Shown here piece after piece: positions 63,769 through 64,000 of a DNA stretch of 64,000 bases. Under the pieces are notes generated by a model. The model was not told where the DNA came from. It saw only the letters and a program-made list of their open reading frames with translations, and searched no databases. Both the position numbers and the translations under genes were made by a program. The stretch spans positions 32,736,001 to 32,800,000 of the forward strand of contig OZ320315.1 in assembly GCA_976226885.1 (NCBI GenBank), written 5' to 3'. Numbering within the stretch: the stretch's first letter is position 1; the number at the start of each line of letters is the position of its first letter. This DNA comes from Iphione sp. A-MEVVRFRX5 (Eukaryota).

Positions 63769-64000
63769 TATGTTTGTAGGTGTGTTAGCGAAAGAGTAAT
63801 TTCATCTTTAAAATACTTGAATTATGGCCAAAATGGCCCAGTGCCATGAGGCCATGTATACAAATATCATAATAAAAATCAGTTCTTTTGAGTAAAGGGT
63901 TTTGGAGTTATAAGACCCCAAAAAGTGTGATAGAAAGTCAGGACACCAGCCAGAAGAATACCTAAGGTCCCCCCCCCTTCTCTATGACAAACAAATCCTC

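Noticed and set aside
1-64000. Hammerhead ribozyme cores, conserved miRNAs, snRNAs and rRNA fragments
   Set aside because: Scanned by eye; no CTGATGA..GAAA core with proper stems and no recognisable mature miRNA or snRNA sequence was found. An Infernal/Rfam search would be needed to exclude them.

Overview
This is eukaryotic genomic DNA, probably from an invertebrate animal (species not determinable). It has four assembly gaps, many microsatellites and minisatellites, and CpG-containing non-coding islands. I could not support any host protein-coding exon, so the window looks like a gene desert or a long intron; nearly all short ORFs in the track are chance or low-complexity frames. The only solid coding content is one apparently near-complete + strand non-LTR retrotransposon (CR1/L2/Crack-type LINE, about 50.4-55.4 kb). 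It has an intact 943-aa APE-endonuclease/reverse-transcriptase ORF2, a 225-aa SGNH-esterase ORF, and a 3' stem-loop, AATAAA and poly(A). Directly upstream of the esterase, in the same frame, lies a NADAR (YbiA-like) domain that the ORF track shows only in part. A LINE carrying a NADAR domain, a possible eraser of nucleic-acid ADP-ribosylation, is the most striking observation. Other features: a 3.5-kb non-autonomous CMC/EnSpm-like element whose empty-site paralog lies in the same window, two copies of a tRNA-derived SINE, a Harbinger MITE, degenerate LINE fragments, several tandem arrays, and a minus-strand branchpoint-polypyrimidine-CAG|GTAAG site resembling a recursive splice site.
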